In this document: piece by piece, positions 29,634 through 39,411 of the stretch
How the letters are laid out: every line of letters starts with the position of its first letter
Position numbering within the stretch: position 1 is the stretch's first letter
DNA from: Vicinamibacteria bacterium
GTDB taxonomy: Bacteria > Acidobacteriota > Vicinamibacteria > Marinacidobacterales > Marinacidobacteraceae
DNA: 64,000 nucleotides
Reading direction: 5' to 3'
Assembly (NCBI GenBank): GCA_963555995.3
Contig: OY821641.1
Location: 1,184,001 to 1,248,000, forward strand
The notes under the pieces: model-generated
The model's input: the letters and a program-made list of their open reading frames with translations, nothing else
Told to the model about the DNA's origin: nothing
Database searches by the model: none
Translations under genes and position numbers: made by a program

Positions 29634-32600
29634 TCAGCTCCCGAACCGCCAGGTGAGCGCCGCCTTGATCCGGCGCTCCTTCGGGTCGTGGGTGAAGCCG
29701 TCGTAGGACTGCTCGATGTTGACCCACGGAGGGAGCTCCCCGGTCAGGTTCAGCGCATAGACGGTCAGGTCCACCCCGGCGGGAAGGCGCCAGAGGAAGC
29801 TCACGTCCAGGGTGCGGAACGGGTCAATCTGGGGCACGATGGTGTTGTCCCCGCGGTCCTCGTAGCCGGAGATGTAGTTCAGGTAGCTCGCCAGCCGGAA
29901 CGAGTTCCAGGCGTAGGCGGCGGACCAGCGGCTCTTCCAGCGGGGCAGCGGCACCGCGATCGGGTGCGCGAAGTTCAGGTAGCCGGCGGCCTCCTGCTCC
30001 TCCTTCAGGATCAGGTCCGTTCCCTCCAGCCGCAGCTCCTTCGTGTCGTAGCGCATCGTGTAGGTGGAGTCCCAACTGAGCGAGAGCTGCCCCGGCCCCG
30101 CGTCGGTCCGCGCCGCCAGGTGGGTGTCAATCCCCGAGGTGGTGAGCCCCGGCCAGTTCACCAGGTCAATCTGAATGCGCTGGAGGTTCTGCGCGTCGCA
30201 GCGGTCGCCGGGCGCCAACTCCGAGGCCCGGCCGCCCGGGCAGATGATGAACGGCGCCATCGCCGCGCGGGTGGCTTCGTTGTCGCTGGCGTAGAGGCTC
30301 GAGACCGCGTCGTAGGGCATGGAGCCGATCACGTTCTCGAAGTCGTAGCTCCAGTAGTCCACCGTCGCCTCCACGCCCCCGGTCAGGAACAGCACGGCGC
30401 CCGCGTTGTAGGTGAACGCCCGCTCCGGGAGCAGGTCCGGGTCGCCGTAGCGGTCCACCGCCTGGTAGGCCCCCGTCTCGTTGATCCACTCGAGGGTCGT
30501 CAGCGGGCTGGTGTTCAGGTCGTCCAGCGAGGGCGTCCGGAAGGTGGTCTGCACCGAGCCGCGGAAGGACAGCGAGTAGTCGAGGTTCTCGGCCGCCTGC
30601 AGGCGCCAGCCGAACTTGGGATCGAAGCTGTTCACCCGGCGGCCGGCGACGTTGTAGAACTCGTAGTTGGCGGCGAGCTGCGTGTCAATCCGCGGCCCGA
30701 CCTTCACCGCCAGCTCCCCGAACAGGCGCTGCACCTGCTGGCTCGCGTCGTAGGGGCGGTGGACGTTCGTGAACAGGTAGGGCCCGAACCGCTGCCCCGC
30801 CGCGCAGGTCATGTCGCCCGCCACCGGACAGGGGTTCACGGTCACGTCGCCGGGGTCGTTCGGGTTGCCGTCCGCGTTCATGGACCGGTACTGGTAGCCG
30901 ACGGCGAAGTCGGCCACGTTCTCCACCAGGTTGCCGCTCACGGTGGCGTCGGCGACGAACATGTCCGTAGTGCTGAAGAGGTCCACTTCCTCGTTGAGCC
31001 AGAGCCGCAGGTCCTCGGAGTTGGCGAGGGAGGCGACGTAGTCGGGGTTGGCGGTGTTCTCCAGGGTTGCGCCCGGCTGGTCGGCGAACTGCACGCCGTT
31101 GCTGAACGGGTTGTAGTACATGCACGGTCCCTGGCCGGCCACCGCGCCGCCGAGCGGCCCGAGGACCATCCCGGCGGGCGATGTGTGGTCCACCGTCACC
31201 CCGACGCCGCAGTTCGGTCCGCCGAAGCCGCGGAAGGCGCGGAACAGCCGGTCGGTGTACACCGCGGGGAGGTTCAGGTTGCCCTCGGCCCGCGAGTAGC
31301 TGACCCCGGCGTCCCAGTGGAGTTCCCGGGCGCCCACCATGAAGTCGCCGTCGAGCGAACCCGCGACCCGCTGGGTGCGGGACTCGCGGCGGAGCCGGCG
31401 CCCGGGGCCCGAGTTCCCGAACGGGCGGCCGTTGAAGTACCAGGGGGCGCCGTCGAGGCAGGCCCCGTTCGGGTCCGCTTTCGCGTTTCCGGCATAGACG
31501 TCGCAGAAGGCCTGCCGGCCCGGATGGTCCGCCCCCACCTCCATGATCGAGGTGCTGGTCAGCGGGAACGGCGGGTAGGACGGCGTGGTGTACCAGTTCG
31601 GGATCACCGCGTCCGACCAGAGCGCCTCGAGGTGGTAGTCCATCCCCTCGGTCACGGGGCCGTTCATCTCGAAGAAGGCGCGGGTGTGCTGCTGCTCGTC
31701 CACGAGGTTGTCGAACGGCGCGTAACGGAACCGGCAGGTCCAGCCCTCGTCGAGGCCGCCGAAGTCGGTGCAGCGGGGATCGAAGACGTCGGCGGTCCAG
31801 GGCGCCGGCGCGCCGACCGCGAAGGTTCCGGGGTTGCCCAGGCTCGACCAGCCGGCGCGGCTCCCGGGGTCGTAGCCGCTGAGGCGGTCGAGCGTCCACG
31901 GGCGGTCCGCCATCTGGAGCTCCTGCCGGCCCACCCGCTCCATCGAGAAGACCGCGCTGGACTCCCCGAGGCCGAAGCCCCAGATCCCGGCGACGGTGGT
32001 GTCGCCCGCGCCCTCGAAGTAGTCGTGCGAGACGTTGATCTGGAAGCCCCGGAAGTCCTTCCGGGTCACGAAGTTGGCGACGCCGCCCACCGCGTCCGAG
32101 CCGTAGGTCGCCGACGCGCCCTCCTTCAGGACCTCCAGCCGGCCCACCGCGATCGAGGGGATCGTGTTCACGTCCACGAAGCGGCCCCCGATGAGCCTCG
32201 CCGGGACCGGCACGTGGCGCCGGCCGTTGATGAGCACCAGCGTCCGCGAGGCGCCGAGGCCGCGCAGGTTCACGTTCGCCACGTTCTCGGTGAGCGTCTG
32301 CGGCTGGTTCGAGTTGTACCAACTGCTCCGTTCGCCGACCACGCTGTGGCTGACCGTCAGGTTGCGGAAGAGGTCCACGAGCTGCGTGCTGCCCTGCTGC
32401 TCCAGCGTCTCGCGGCTGACCACCTGGACCGCGTGCGGCATGTTGATCGCCGGCTCCTCGATGGCCGTCCCGGTCACCGAGACGGTCACCTCCTCGAAGA
32501 GTCCGCCGAGCTGCAGCTCCGCGTCGGCGGTGGCGGTGGCCCCCGCGGCGACCTCCACCGGGCGTTCGAACTGCTCGAAGCCGGGGAGGGTGAAGGTGAC

Positions 32601-32819
32601 GAGGTAGCTGCCGGGGGGCAGATCGGGGAACGCATATTCCCCGCGGCGGTTGGTCACCGTCACCTGCGGGCTGTCCAGCGCCCCGCCAGACACTTCCACG
32701 GTCACTCCGGGCAGCGCCCCACCGGCGAAGTCCGTCACGGCGCCCGAAACACCGCCGTCCTGTGCGACGGCGAGCCAAGGCGCCATCACGAAGCCGAGAG
32801 TCAAGAAAACCTTCGTCAT
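29634..32819 (-). CDS. TonB-dependent receptor with N-terminal carboxypeptidase-regulatory-like domain
   Basis: VSVTGT TonB box, NVNLRGLGASRTLVLINGRR, LEVLKEGASATYGSDAVGGVANF. Confidence 0.93.
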   Translation of the reverse strand: MTKVFLTLGFVMAPWLAVAQDGGVSGAVTDFAGGALPGVTVEVSGGALDSPQVTVTNRRGEYAFPDLPPGSYLVTFTLPGFEQFERPVEVAAGATATADAELQLGGLFEEVTVSVTGTAIEEPAINMPHAVQVVSRETLEQQGSTQLVDLFRNLTVSHSVVGERSSWYNSNQPQTLTENVANVNLRGLGASRTLVLINGRRHVPVPARLIGGRFVDVNTIPSIAVGRLEVLKEGASATYGSDAVGGVANFVTRKDFRGFQINVSHDYFEGAGDTTVAGIWGFGLGESSAVFSMERVGRQELQMADRPWTLDRLSGYDPGSRAGWSSLGNPGTFAVGAPAPWTADVFDPRCTDFGGLDEGWTCRFRYAPFDNLVDEQQHTRAFFEMNGPVTEGMDYHLEALWSDAVIPNWYTTPSYPPFPLTSTSIMEVGADHPGRQAFCDVYAGNAKADPNGACLDGAPWYFNGRPFGNSGPGRRLRRESRTQRVAGSLDGDFMVGARELHWDAGVSYSRAEGNLNLPAVYTDRLFRAFRGFGGPNCGVGVTVDHTSPAGMVLGPLGGAVAGQGPCMYYNPFSNGVQFADQPGATLENTANPDYVASLANSEDLRLWLNEEVDLFSTTDMFVADATVSGNLVENVADFAVGYQYRSMNADGNPNDPGDVTVNPCPVAGDMTCAAGQRFGPYLFTNVHRPYDASQQVQRLFGELAVKVGPRIDTQLAANYEFYNVAGRRVNSFDPKFGWRLQAAENLDYSLSFRGSVQTTFRTPSLDDLNTSPLTTLEWINETGAYQAVDRYGDPDLLPERAFTYNAGAVLFLTGGVEATVDYWSYDFENVIGSMPYDAVSSLYASDNEATRAAMAPFIICPGGRASELAPGDRCDAQNLQRIQIDLVNWPGLTTSGIDTHLAARTDAGPGQLSLSWDSTYTMRYDTKELRLEGTDLILKEEQEAAGYLNFAHPIAVPLPRWKSRWSAAYAWNSFRLASYLNYISGYEDRGDNTIVPQIDPFRTLDVSFLWRLPAGVDLTVYALNLTGELPPWVNIEQSYDGFTHDPKERRIKAALTWRFGS

Positions 32820-33248
32820 AGCGTCAATCAACGACACGTCGGTCGTACCTCCTGCTGGTAGTGTGTCACATGCGCTATCGGCATCCCGTAACGAGTCTCC
32901 GCGTGTGAAAAGAGCGGATGTTGATTGCCGGATCAATACGAACCGTTCATTCCGTGTTCATCAGACTCCGCAAATTCCCTGATTCCGGCGCCGATGGGCG
33001 TATCGCAAGCGAATCGTCGTTCGTTTTCCTGCTATCGGCGTGGCGCTGGCTGGTGAGTCTCCGGCGGACCGGCGACGCCGTGACCCCTGACTTCGAGGCC
33101 CGCCGCCGCGAGTGGACGGTTCCCCATCCCTTCGGTTCCTGAGCTGACCGACCGCCCCCAACCCTCCCGCGGCAACGGCGGAAACGGCAACGAACTCCGG
33201 CGGTTCGCCATCGCCGCCGGCGGCGCCACGTGCATCGTCGGCATTCTG

Positions 33249-34082
33249 TTGGCCGGGCTTCCCCTCCGCGGGGGACTGCTCGGTTTCCTGATCTTCACCG
33301 GGGCGGTCGCGTTCGCCGCCCGGGAGCCGGCGCCCCGGCCGCTGGGCCTCGCGAACCGGCTGACCCTCGTCCGGCTGGCGGCCCTCGCGGCGCTCGCCGG
33401 GGGTGGGCTCGCCGCGACGTTCTCTCCCGAAGCCGGGCTGGCGCTCGCTGGCTGGATGCCCTGCCTGGTCTATGCCGCGGCCGCGCTGGGTGACTACGCC
33501 GACGGCGCCATCGCCCGGCGCACTCGCACGACGAGTTCGTTCGGCGCCCGGCTCGACGCCGAAGCCGACGCGCTGGGCCTGGTCGCTGCCAGCGGCATCG
33601 CGGTCCTTGCGAGCGGCACGCTGCCCGGCTGGTATCTGCTCGCCGGTTGCGCGCGCTACCTCTTCGGCGCCGCCCTGTTCGCGGAGGAGCGTCTCGGCCG
33701 CCGGCTGCGCGAGCTTCCTGCCAGCCCGTTCCGGCGCCGTCTCGCCGGGTTCCAGATGGGTCTCGTCGCCGTGTGCCTCGCGCCCTTCATCGAGCCGGAG
33801 TGGGCCCCGCCCGCGACGGCGGCGCTCGGGGCGCCGTTCCTGCTGGGTTTTGGCCGCGACTACCTGATCGCCACCGGCCGCCTGGACCCGCAAGGCGCCG
33901 GATCGCGGCGCCTGACGGACCTGCTCGAACGGCTTCGCGGTCCGGTGAGCCGCACGGCCGCTGCGGCGGCCGTCGCTCTCGGCGTTCTCAAGTTGGCCGG
34001 ACTGCCCGTCGGGTCGTGGGGGCTCGCGGCGTTCTTCTTCGGCTGGCTGGTTCGTCCGGAGAGACGGAATGCGAGGCCATGA
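33249..34082 (+). CDS. CDP-alcohol phosphatidyltransferase family protein (true start may be about 100 bp upstream)
   Basis: ANRLTLVR and DYADGAIARR...FGARLDAEAD signature. Confidence 0.9.
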   Translation: MAGLPLRGGLLGFLIFTGAVAFAAREPAPRPLGLANRLTLVRLAALAALAGGGLAATFSPEAGLALAGWMPCLVYAAAALGDYADGAIARRTRTTSSFGARLDAEADALGLVAASGIAVLASGTLPGWYLLAGCARYLFGAALFAEERLGRRLRELPASPFRRRLAGFQMGLVAVCLAPFIEPEWAPPATAALGAPFLLGFGRDYLIATGRLDPQGAGSRRLTDLLERLRGPVSRTAAAAAVALGVLKLAGLPVGSWGLAAFFFGWLVRPERRNARP

Positions 34083-34155
34083 CGCGCCGGCAGGACGGTG
34101 TTAGCATCGGTGAAAGCTCAGTTCTGATGACGAAGGCTCTGTTACGGAGGTGACG

Positions 34156-36636
34156 ATGGAGTCCGGAGGTTCGACCGGCGCCGCGGCGTCCCGGACGGTT
34201 CTCGTGGAGCCGTCGCTCGGGAACGCGCTCCCCTATTTCGCGCCACTGCTGATCTTTCCGCTGGTGGTGCTGGCGGCGCTGAACGGCGGCTGGTGGTTCG
34301 CGGGTCCCTTCGTCTTCCTCGCGCTGGCCGACAAGTTCGACCAGATGTTCGGCATGCAGGAGCGGAACATGGACCCGGACCAGACGCCGGAGCGCCGCCT
34401 GTTCGTCTACAAGCTCTCCGCCTGGTCGTGGGCCGTGCTGTGGCCGGCGGTCTTCGTGTTCGGGCTCTGGCAGATGCTGGTGGCCGGACACCTCGCGGCG
34501 TGGGAGATCGCGCTGATGGCCGTCGTGCTGGTCCTGGTCGGGCAGACGGTCTTCGTGGTCGGCCACGAACTGGCCCACCGGCGCGCGTCCTGGGAGCGGC
34601 GGCTCGGGGAGTTCGTGCTGGCGTCCGCGTCCTACCCGCACTACGCGACGGAGCACGTCTACATCCATCACCCTATGGTCTGCACCCCGGCGGACCCCGG
34701 ATCGGCGCCGAAGGGCATGAGCTTCTGGCGGTACCTGCCCCGGGAGATCGCGAGCAACCTGACCGGGGCCTGGCGCTTCGAGAAGAAGCGCCTGGCGCGC
34801 AGCCGCCTGCCGGTCTGGCACTACTCCAATCCCTTCTGGCGGTACGTGCTGTTCGCGGCCGCCTGGTACGCGCTGATCTACGCGCTCGGGGGCGTCTGGG
34901 CGGTCCTCGTCTACGCGGTGTTGTGCTCCAGCGTGGTCTTCTCGATGAAGATCAGCAACTACGTCCAGCACTACGGGCTCCGGCGGGTCCGTCTGCCCAG
35001 CGGACGGTTCGAGCGGGTCCTGCCCCGGCACGCGTGGAGCGCGGACTACAAGTTCACCAACTGGCTCTACTACAACATGCAGCGGCACGCCGACCACCAC
35101 GCGGCGTCCAACCGGCGCTACCCGCTGCTCCAGCACTACGGCAAGGACCAGTCGCCGCAGCTCCCGGGCCGGTACTCGGAGATGAACGGGCTGGCCCTCT
35201 TCCCGAGCCGCTGGTTCAAGCTCATGGACCCCCTGCTCGACCGGCAGCGGGCGCAGTTCTATCCCGAGATCAGGGACTGGCGCGCCTACGACAGCGCGGC
35301 GTTCGCGGCCCGCCCGGAAGCGTTCGACGCCATCGCCGAGATCATCGCCACCGCCCCCCGCCTCGCCGGCTGGATGAACCGGACGCCGGAACTGCTCGAC
35401 TCGCTGCGGACCAGGGAGTTCACCGACCTGGACCTGCCGGACGGTTTCGGCGCGGACGCCGAGTTCGAGAAGATCGCGCGCCGCGGGCTGGTCCGGCTCT
35501 ACTGGACGCACGAACTCGGCACGGACGAGATGAGGGAGCAACTGGCGGCCACCCACACCCAGGATGCCGGCGAGGCGGTCGGGGTGGCCCGCGAGTGGTC
35601 GAACGGGAAGGCCTTCCAGATCGGCGTCCACACGATGCGCGGCAACCTGGCGCCGGCGGAAGCGGGCGCGGTGGCCTCCCGGTTGGCCGAAGCCTCGGTC
35701 TCCGCCGTGCTCTCGGCGGTCGGCGAGGACTTCGCCGAACGGAGTTCCCCGGACCCCGGGAGCTCGGCCTGCGCGGTGGTCTTCGGCGACCTGGCCAGCG
35801 GTGACCGCTTCCTGGGAGCGGAACTCGACATCCTGTTCCTCTACGAGGGCGGGCCGCCGGAGTACTTCGACGCGCTCTACCACCGGTCGCGGAACGCGCT
35901 GCGGGCCCTTTCCCGCGACAACCTGTTGTTGGCGCCGATCCCCCGCGTGGCTCCGCTGCACCGCGTCCGCGCGTTCTCGGATTTTCGGGACTACCACCGC
36001 AACGTGGGCCCCGGGGAGGAACTCCTCGCGCTGACCCGCGCGCGCTGTGTCTTTGCGTCGGGGCGTTCCGACCTCGCGGCGCGGTTCGAAGCGTTGCGGC
36101 GTGAAGTCCTGGCCGAGAGCCCCGCGCGCCGGACGATGATGTCCCACCTGGCCGGGGGGGCCTTCGGCGCGGCCGAGCCCGGGCTGATGTCCCTCGACGA
36201 CATGCAGGGCGGCTTCCGGGACGTCGAGCGCGCGGCCCGCTACCTCCAACTGAAGCACGCCGGGCCGGAGACGGACCTCTTCGCCCTCGACGCGGGCTCG
36301 GTGCTCGAGGCCGCCGCCGACCACGGGCTGGTTCCCGACGGCGCCGGCGAACGGCTGGCCGCGGCCGCCAAGGCGTGGCGGAACCTCCGCGGCATCCTGC
36401 AACTGGTGGTGGAGGACGGCTCCACGGCCGAGGCGGCGCCGGCCGAGGTCAGGGCCGCGATCGCCGCCGCCGGGATGGCGGACGACTTCGAGGCGCTGAC
36501 CGCCGGGATCCCCGAAGTCGCGGCCCGCGCCGCCGCCGACATCGGGGCGATCGAGGGCATGACCCCGCCGCTGCCGCTCGCCGCCGACGCACCCGGTCGA
36601 GACGCGGACGCGGCGTCCGCCGAGACGCATCACTGA
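34156..36636 (+). CDS. AlkB-like di-iron membrane monooxygenase/desaturase fused to a degenerate GlnE adenylyltransferase domain
   Basis: His boxes HELAH, EHVYIHH, NYVQHYG, QRHADHH; C-terminal half APRLAGWM..PELLD, FQIGVH, VVFGDLASG..AELDILFLY, ALTRAR, GGFRDVE..YLQL follows GlnE motif order; GGAGG SD. Confidence 0.85.
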   Translation: MESGGSTGAAASRTVLVEPSLGNALPYFAPLLIFPLVVLAALNGGWWFAGPFVFLALADKFDQMFGMQERNMDPDQTPERRLFVYKLSAWSWAVLWPAVFVFGLWQMLVAGHLAAWEIALMAVVLVLVGQTVFVVGHELAHRRASWERRLGEFVLASASYPHYATEHVYIHHPMVCTPADPGSAPKGMSFWRYLPREIASNLTGAWRFEKKRLARSRLPVWHYSNPFWRYVLFAAAWYALIYALGGVWAVLVYAVLCSSVVFSMKISNYVQHYGLRRVRLPSGRFERVLPRHAWSADYKFTNWLYYNMQRHADHHAASNRRYPLLQHYGKDQSPQLPGRYSEMNGLALFPSRWFKLMDPLLDRQRAQFYPEIRDWRAYDSAAFAARPEAFDAIAEIIATAPRLAGWMNRTPELLDSLRTREFTDLDLPDGFGADAEFEKIARRGLVRLYWTHELGTDEMREQLAATHTQDAGEAVGVAREWSNGKAFQIGVHTMRGNLAPAEAGAVASRLAEASVSAVLSAVGEDFAERSSPDPGSSACAVVFGDLASGDRFLGAELDILFLYEGGPPEYFDALYHRSRNALRALSRDNLLLAPIPRVAPLHRVRAFSDFRDYHRNVGPGEELLALTRARCVFASGRSDLAARFEALRREVLAESPARRTMMSHLAGGAFGAAEPGLMSLDDMQGGFRDVERAARYLQLKHAGPETDLFALDAGSVLEAAADHGLVPDGAGERLAAAAKAWRNLRGILQLVVEDGSTAEAAPAEVRAAIAAAGMADDFEALTAGIPEVAARAAADIGAIEGMTPPLPLAADAPGRDADAASAETHH

Positions 36637-36669
36637 CCGGGCGGGCGTTCGCGCCCGTTTTGCCTGCCG

Positions 36670-37737
36670 TCAGCGGAGCGTGAGGAAGCGCTCGGCGGCG
36701 GCGGCGCTCTCCGCCCAGGTGGGATGGTTCCGGTGACGTTCGGCGGCGCGGAGCCCCATCGCCGCCAGACGGCCGCGATCGGCGGCGAGCGTCTCCAGGC
36801 ACGCGGCGATCCGCCGCGCAGCGCTCCCTGACTCCGCCTCGCGGATCAACCAGCCGGTCTCGCCGTCGCTCACGATCTCCGCCGCCCCTCCGGAGGCGGC
36901 GGCGAGCGCGGGCAGCCCGAAGGCGAACCCCTCCAGATAGACGATCCCGAACCCCTCGTGCGTGGAGGGAACGGCGAGCAGGGCGCTGTCCCGCAGCAAT
37001 CCGGCGAGCGCCGCCGGCCCGAGCGCTCCCCGGAAGCGGACCCGGTCCGCCAGGTCCGGAGCGGCGGCGCGCCGCCGCACCGCGGCGGCACAGGCCGGGT
37101 CGGGGTCTTCGCGCCCCGCCACCGTCAGGGTCCATCCGGGGACCGCGGCCAGCGCCTCGAGCAGCTCCAGGAGCCGCTTCCGGGGAATCACGTTGCCCAC
37201 GTGGGCGGCCCGCAGCGGGCCGTGGGCGCGCGCCCGGATCTCGTCGGGGCCGGGAAGGGGGGGCAGCGCGGCGCCCGCGAGCCGGTCCCGGCCGGGCGGG
37301 ACGACGGCGGCCGGCAGCCTCCGCCCGGCGAGCCGCCGGGCCGCTTCCACGCTGGCCCGGCTCGGGGAAAGGATTCCGTCCACGGTCCGGAGGTAGGCGC
37401 GTTCCTCGGCGCGGAGCCGCGCCACGTCCGCCTCGCCGCGTTCGGGTTCGGAGCATTGCGGGTGATGGACCAGCGCGACGATGCGCGGCCGGCGGCCCTC
37501 CCGGTTCGCGTTTCGCCGCCGGAACTCCCGGTGCAGCAGTGCGTCCTGCACGATCACGTCGGCCCGGGCGCTCGCCGTGGGCGTCTCCGATCCTTCTCCC
37601 GTGAACTCCCGCACCGTCACCTCGTGGCCCCGGTTCCGCAGGGTCTCCACCAGGATCCGGTCGTAGAGGTTCCCGCCGGTGAGCGGGGCGAGCGGCGGCC
37701 CCCACAGCTCGATTCGGAGCGGCATGACGTGTCCCAC
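36670..37737 (-). CDS. Glycosyltransferase family 4
   Basis: LTGGNLYD, VHHP, GNVIPRK, PSTHEGFGIVYLEG. Confidence 0.92.
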   Translation of the reverse strand: MGHVMPLRIELWGPPLAPLTGGNLYDRILVETLRNRGHEVTVREFTGEGSETPTASARADVIVQDALLHREFRRRNANREGRRPRIVALVHHPQCSEPERGEADVARLRAEERAYLRTVDGILSPSRASVEAARRLAGRRLPAAVVPPGRDRLAGAALPPLPGPDEIRARAHGPLRAAHVGNVIPRKRLLELLEALAAVPGWTLTVAGREDPDPACAAAVRRRAAAPDLADRVRFRGALGPAALAGLLRDSALLAVPSTHEGFGIVYLEGFAFGLPALAAASGGAAEIVSDGETGWLIREAESGSAARRIAACLETLAADRGRLAAMGLRAAERHRNHPTWAESAAAAERFLTLR

Positions 37738-37802
37738 GCTCGCCTAGTCTCGCATCCCTGTGGCCCACATAATCCAGTCCCTGTTTCCGTGGAGGGATGC
37801 CC

Positions 37803-39212
37803 ATGAAGCGAAAGAGATGCGCCTCCAGCTTCCGGAGCGTTCCGGCCGCAGTGCTGGCGTTTTCGGGGTTCGCCTGCACTCCCGAGCCGACGGTGCCGGG
37901 CGCGGATCTCGCGATCGTCTCGGTGACCGTCGTCCCGATGGATAGCGAGCGCACGCTGCCCGACCACGCCGTGGTCGTGAAGGACGGCCGCATCGCGGCG
38001 GTGCGGCCCGCGGCCGAGGTCACCCTCGGCGCGGATACCACCGTGGTCGCCGGGGAAGGCCGCTTCCTGATTCCCGGACTCGCCGAGATGCACGGCCATC
38101 TGCCCGGCGCGAACAGCCCGCCCGCGCTCACCGAGGACGTGCTGATGCTCTACGTCGCGAACGGCGTCACCACGGTGCGGGGAATGCAGGGGCACCCGAG
38201 CCAGCTCGCGCTGCGGGACCGGATCGCGGCGGGCGAGCTGATCGGCCCCCGGCTCATCGTGGGGAGCCCCTCGATGAGCGGGCGCGTCGAAACCCCGGAG
38301 GAGGCGGTGCGGCTGGTCCGCGAATACCACGAAGCCGGGTTCGATCTCCTGAAGGTCCACGAGGGGCTTTCGCCGGAGACCTACACCGCGCTCGCCGCGG
38401 AAGCCCGGAGTCTCGGGATTCCGTTCGCCGGACACGTGGCGGACGAGGTGGGGCTGTTCGCCGCCCTCGAGGGCGGCCATGACACGGTGGACCACCTCGA
38501 CAACTTCGTGGAGGCGCTGATTCCGGAGGAAGCGCGGGAGGAAATGGAGGCGCTCCGGGGCATCGCCGGGCTCTCGGAACTCGTGGACCTCGAACGGCTG
38601 CCCGGGGTCATCGAGGCGATCGAGGCGAGCGGGACGGGCGTCGTGCCCACCATGGTCCTCTGGGAGTCCGGGATCCTCCCGACCCGGCCGTCGTCCGAGC
38701 TGAAGGCCGAGCGCCCCGAGATCCGCTACATGCCCGAGGAGACCGTCGCCCGCTGGACCGAGGCCGTGGACTCCGAGCTCGAGCGCTACGGGGTGGAGAA
38801 CACCGCGCGGATCGCCGCCCTCCGGCGGCAGATCCTGGGGGCCCTGAACGACGCGGGCGCCAACATCCTCCTCGGCACCGACTCGCCCCAGATCTTCAGC
38901 GTCCCCGGTTTCTCGATCCACGGCGAGGCGGTCTCCTACGTCGAGGCCGGCATGACTCCCTACGAAGTCCTGGAATCCGGAACCCGGCTGGTCGCGGAAC
39001 ACGTCGCCCGCGGCGGCCGCATCGCCGCCGACTTCGGCGTCATCGCCCCCGGAAACCGGGCCGACCTGGTCCTCCTCGACGCGAACCCCCTCGAGAACAT
39101 CGAGGCGACCCGACAGATCGCGGGAGTCGTCACCGGCGGCCGCCACCTCAGCGCCACGCACATCGCCGAGGCACTCGAGGCCATCGCCGCCCGCCGCGCC
39201 ACGGGGGAGTAG
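37803..39212 (+). CDS. Amidohydrolase family protein (lipoprotein)
   Basis: IPGLAEMHGH, NGVTTVR, AGHV, VDHL, LLGTD, GNRADLVLLDANPL. Confidence 0.9.
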   Translation: MKRKRCASSFRSVPAAVLAFSGFACTPEPTVPGADLAIVSVTVVPMDSERTLPDHAVVVKDGRIAAVRPAAEVTLGADTTVVAGEGRFLIPGLAEMHGHLPGANSPPALTEDVLMLYVANGVTTVRGMQGHPSQLALRDRIAAGELIGPRLIVGSPSMSGRVETPEEAVRLVREYHEAGFDLLKVHEGLSPETYTALAAEARSLGIPFAGHVADEVGLFAALEGGHDTVDHLDNFVEALIPEEAREEMEALRGIAGLSELVDLERLPGVIEAIEASGTGVVPTMVLWESGILPTRPSSELKAERPEIRYMPEETVARWTEAVDSELERYGVENTARIAALRRQILGALNDAGANILLGTDSPQIFSVPGFSIHGEAVSYVEAGMTPYEVLESGTRLVAEHVARGGRIAADFGVIAPGNRADLVLLDANPLENIEATRQIAGVVTGGRHLSATHIAEALEAIAARRATGE

Positions 39213-39411
39213 CGGGGAGGCCGGGACCGCCGGTCTTCAGACCGGCACGCGGGCGGCAGGCCCGCAGAGCGCGTCGGGCCCATCCGCGCTATGGCTCCCC
39301 CGGCTTGGAACGCCGGTCTCCAGACTGGCACGCGCGGCGCTCCGCGCCGCGCACGTCGCAACCCCAACCGGCCCTCACGGCACCGCAGCGCCGCGGCCAA
39401 GGCGCGTGCCG

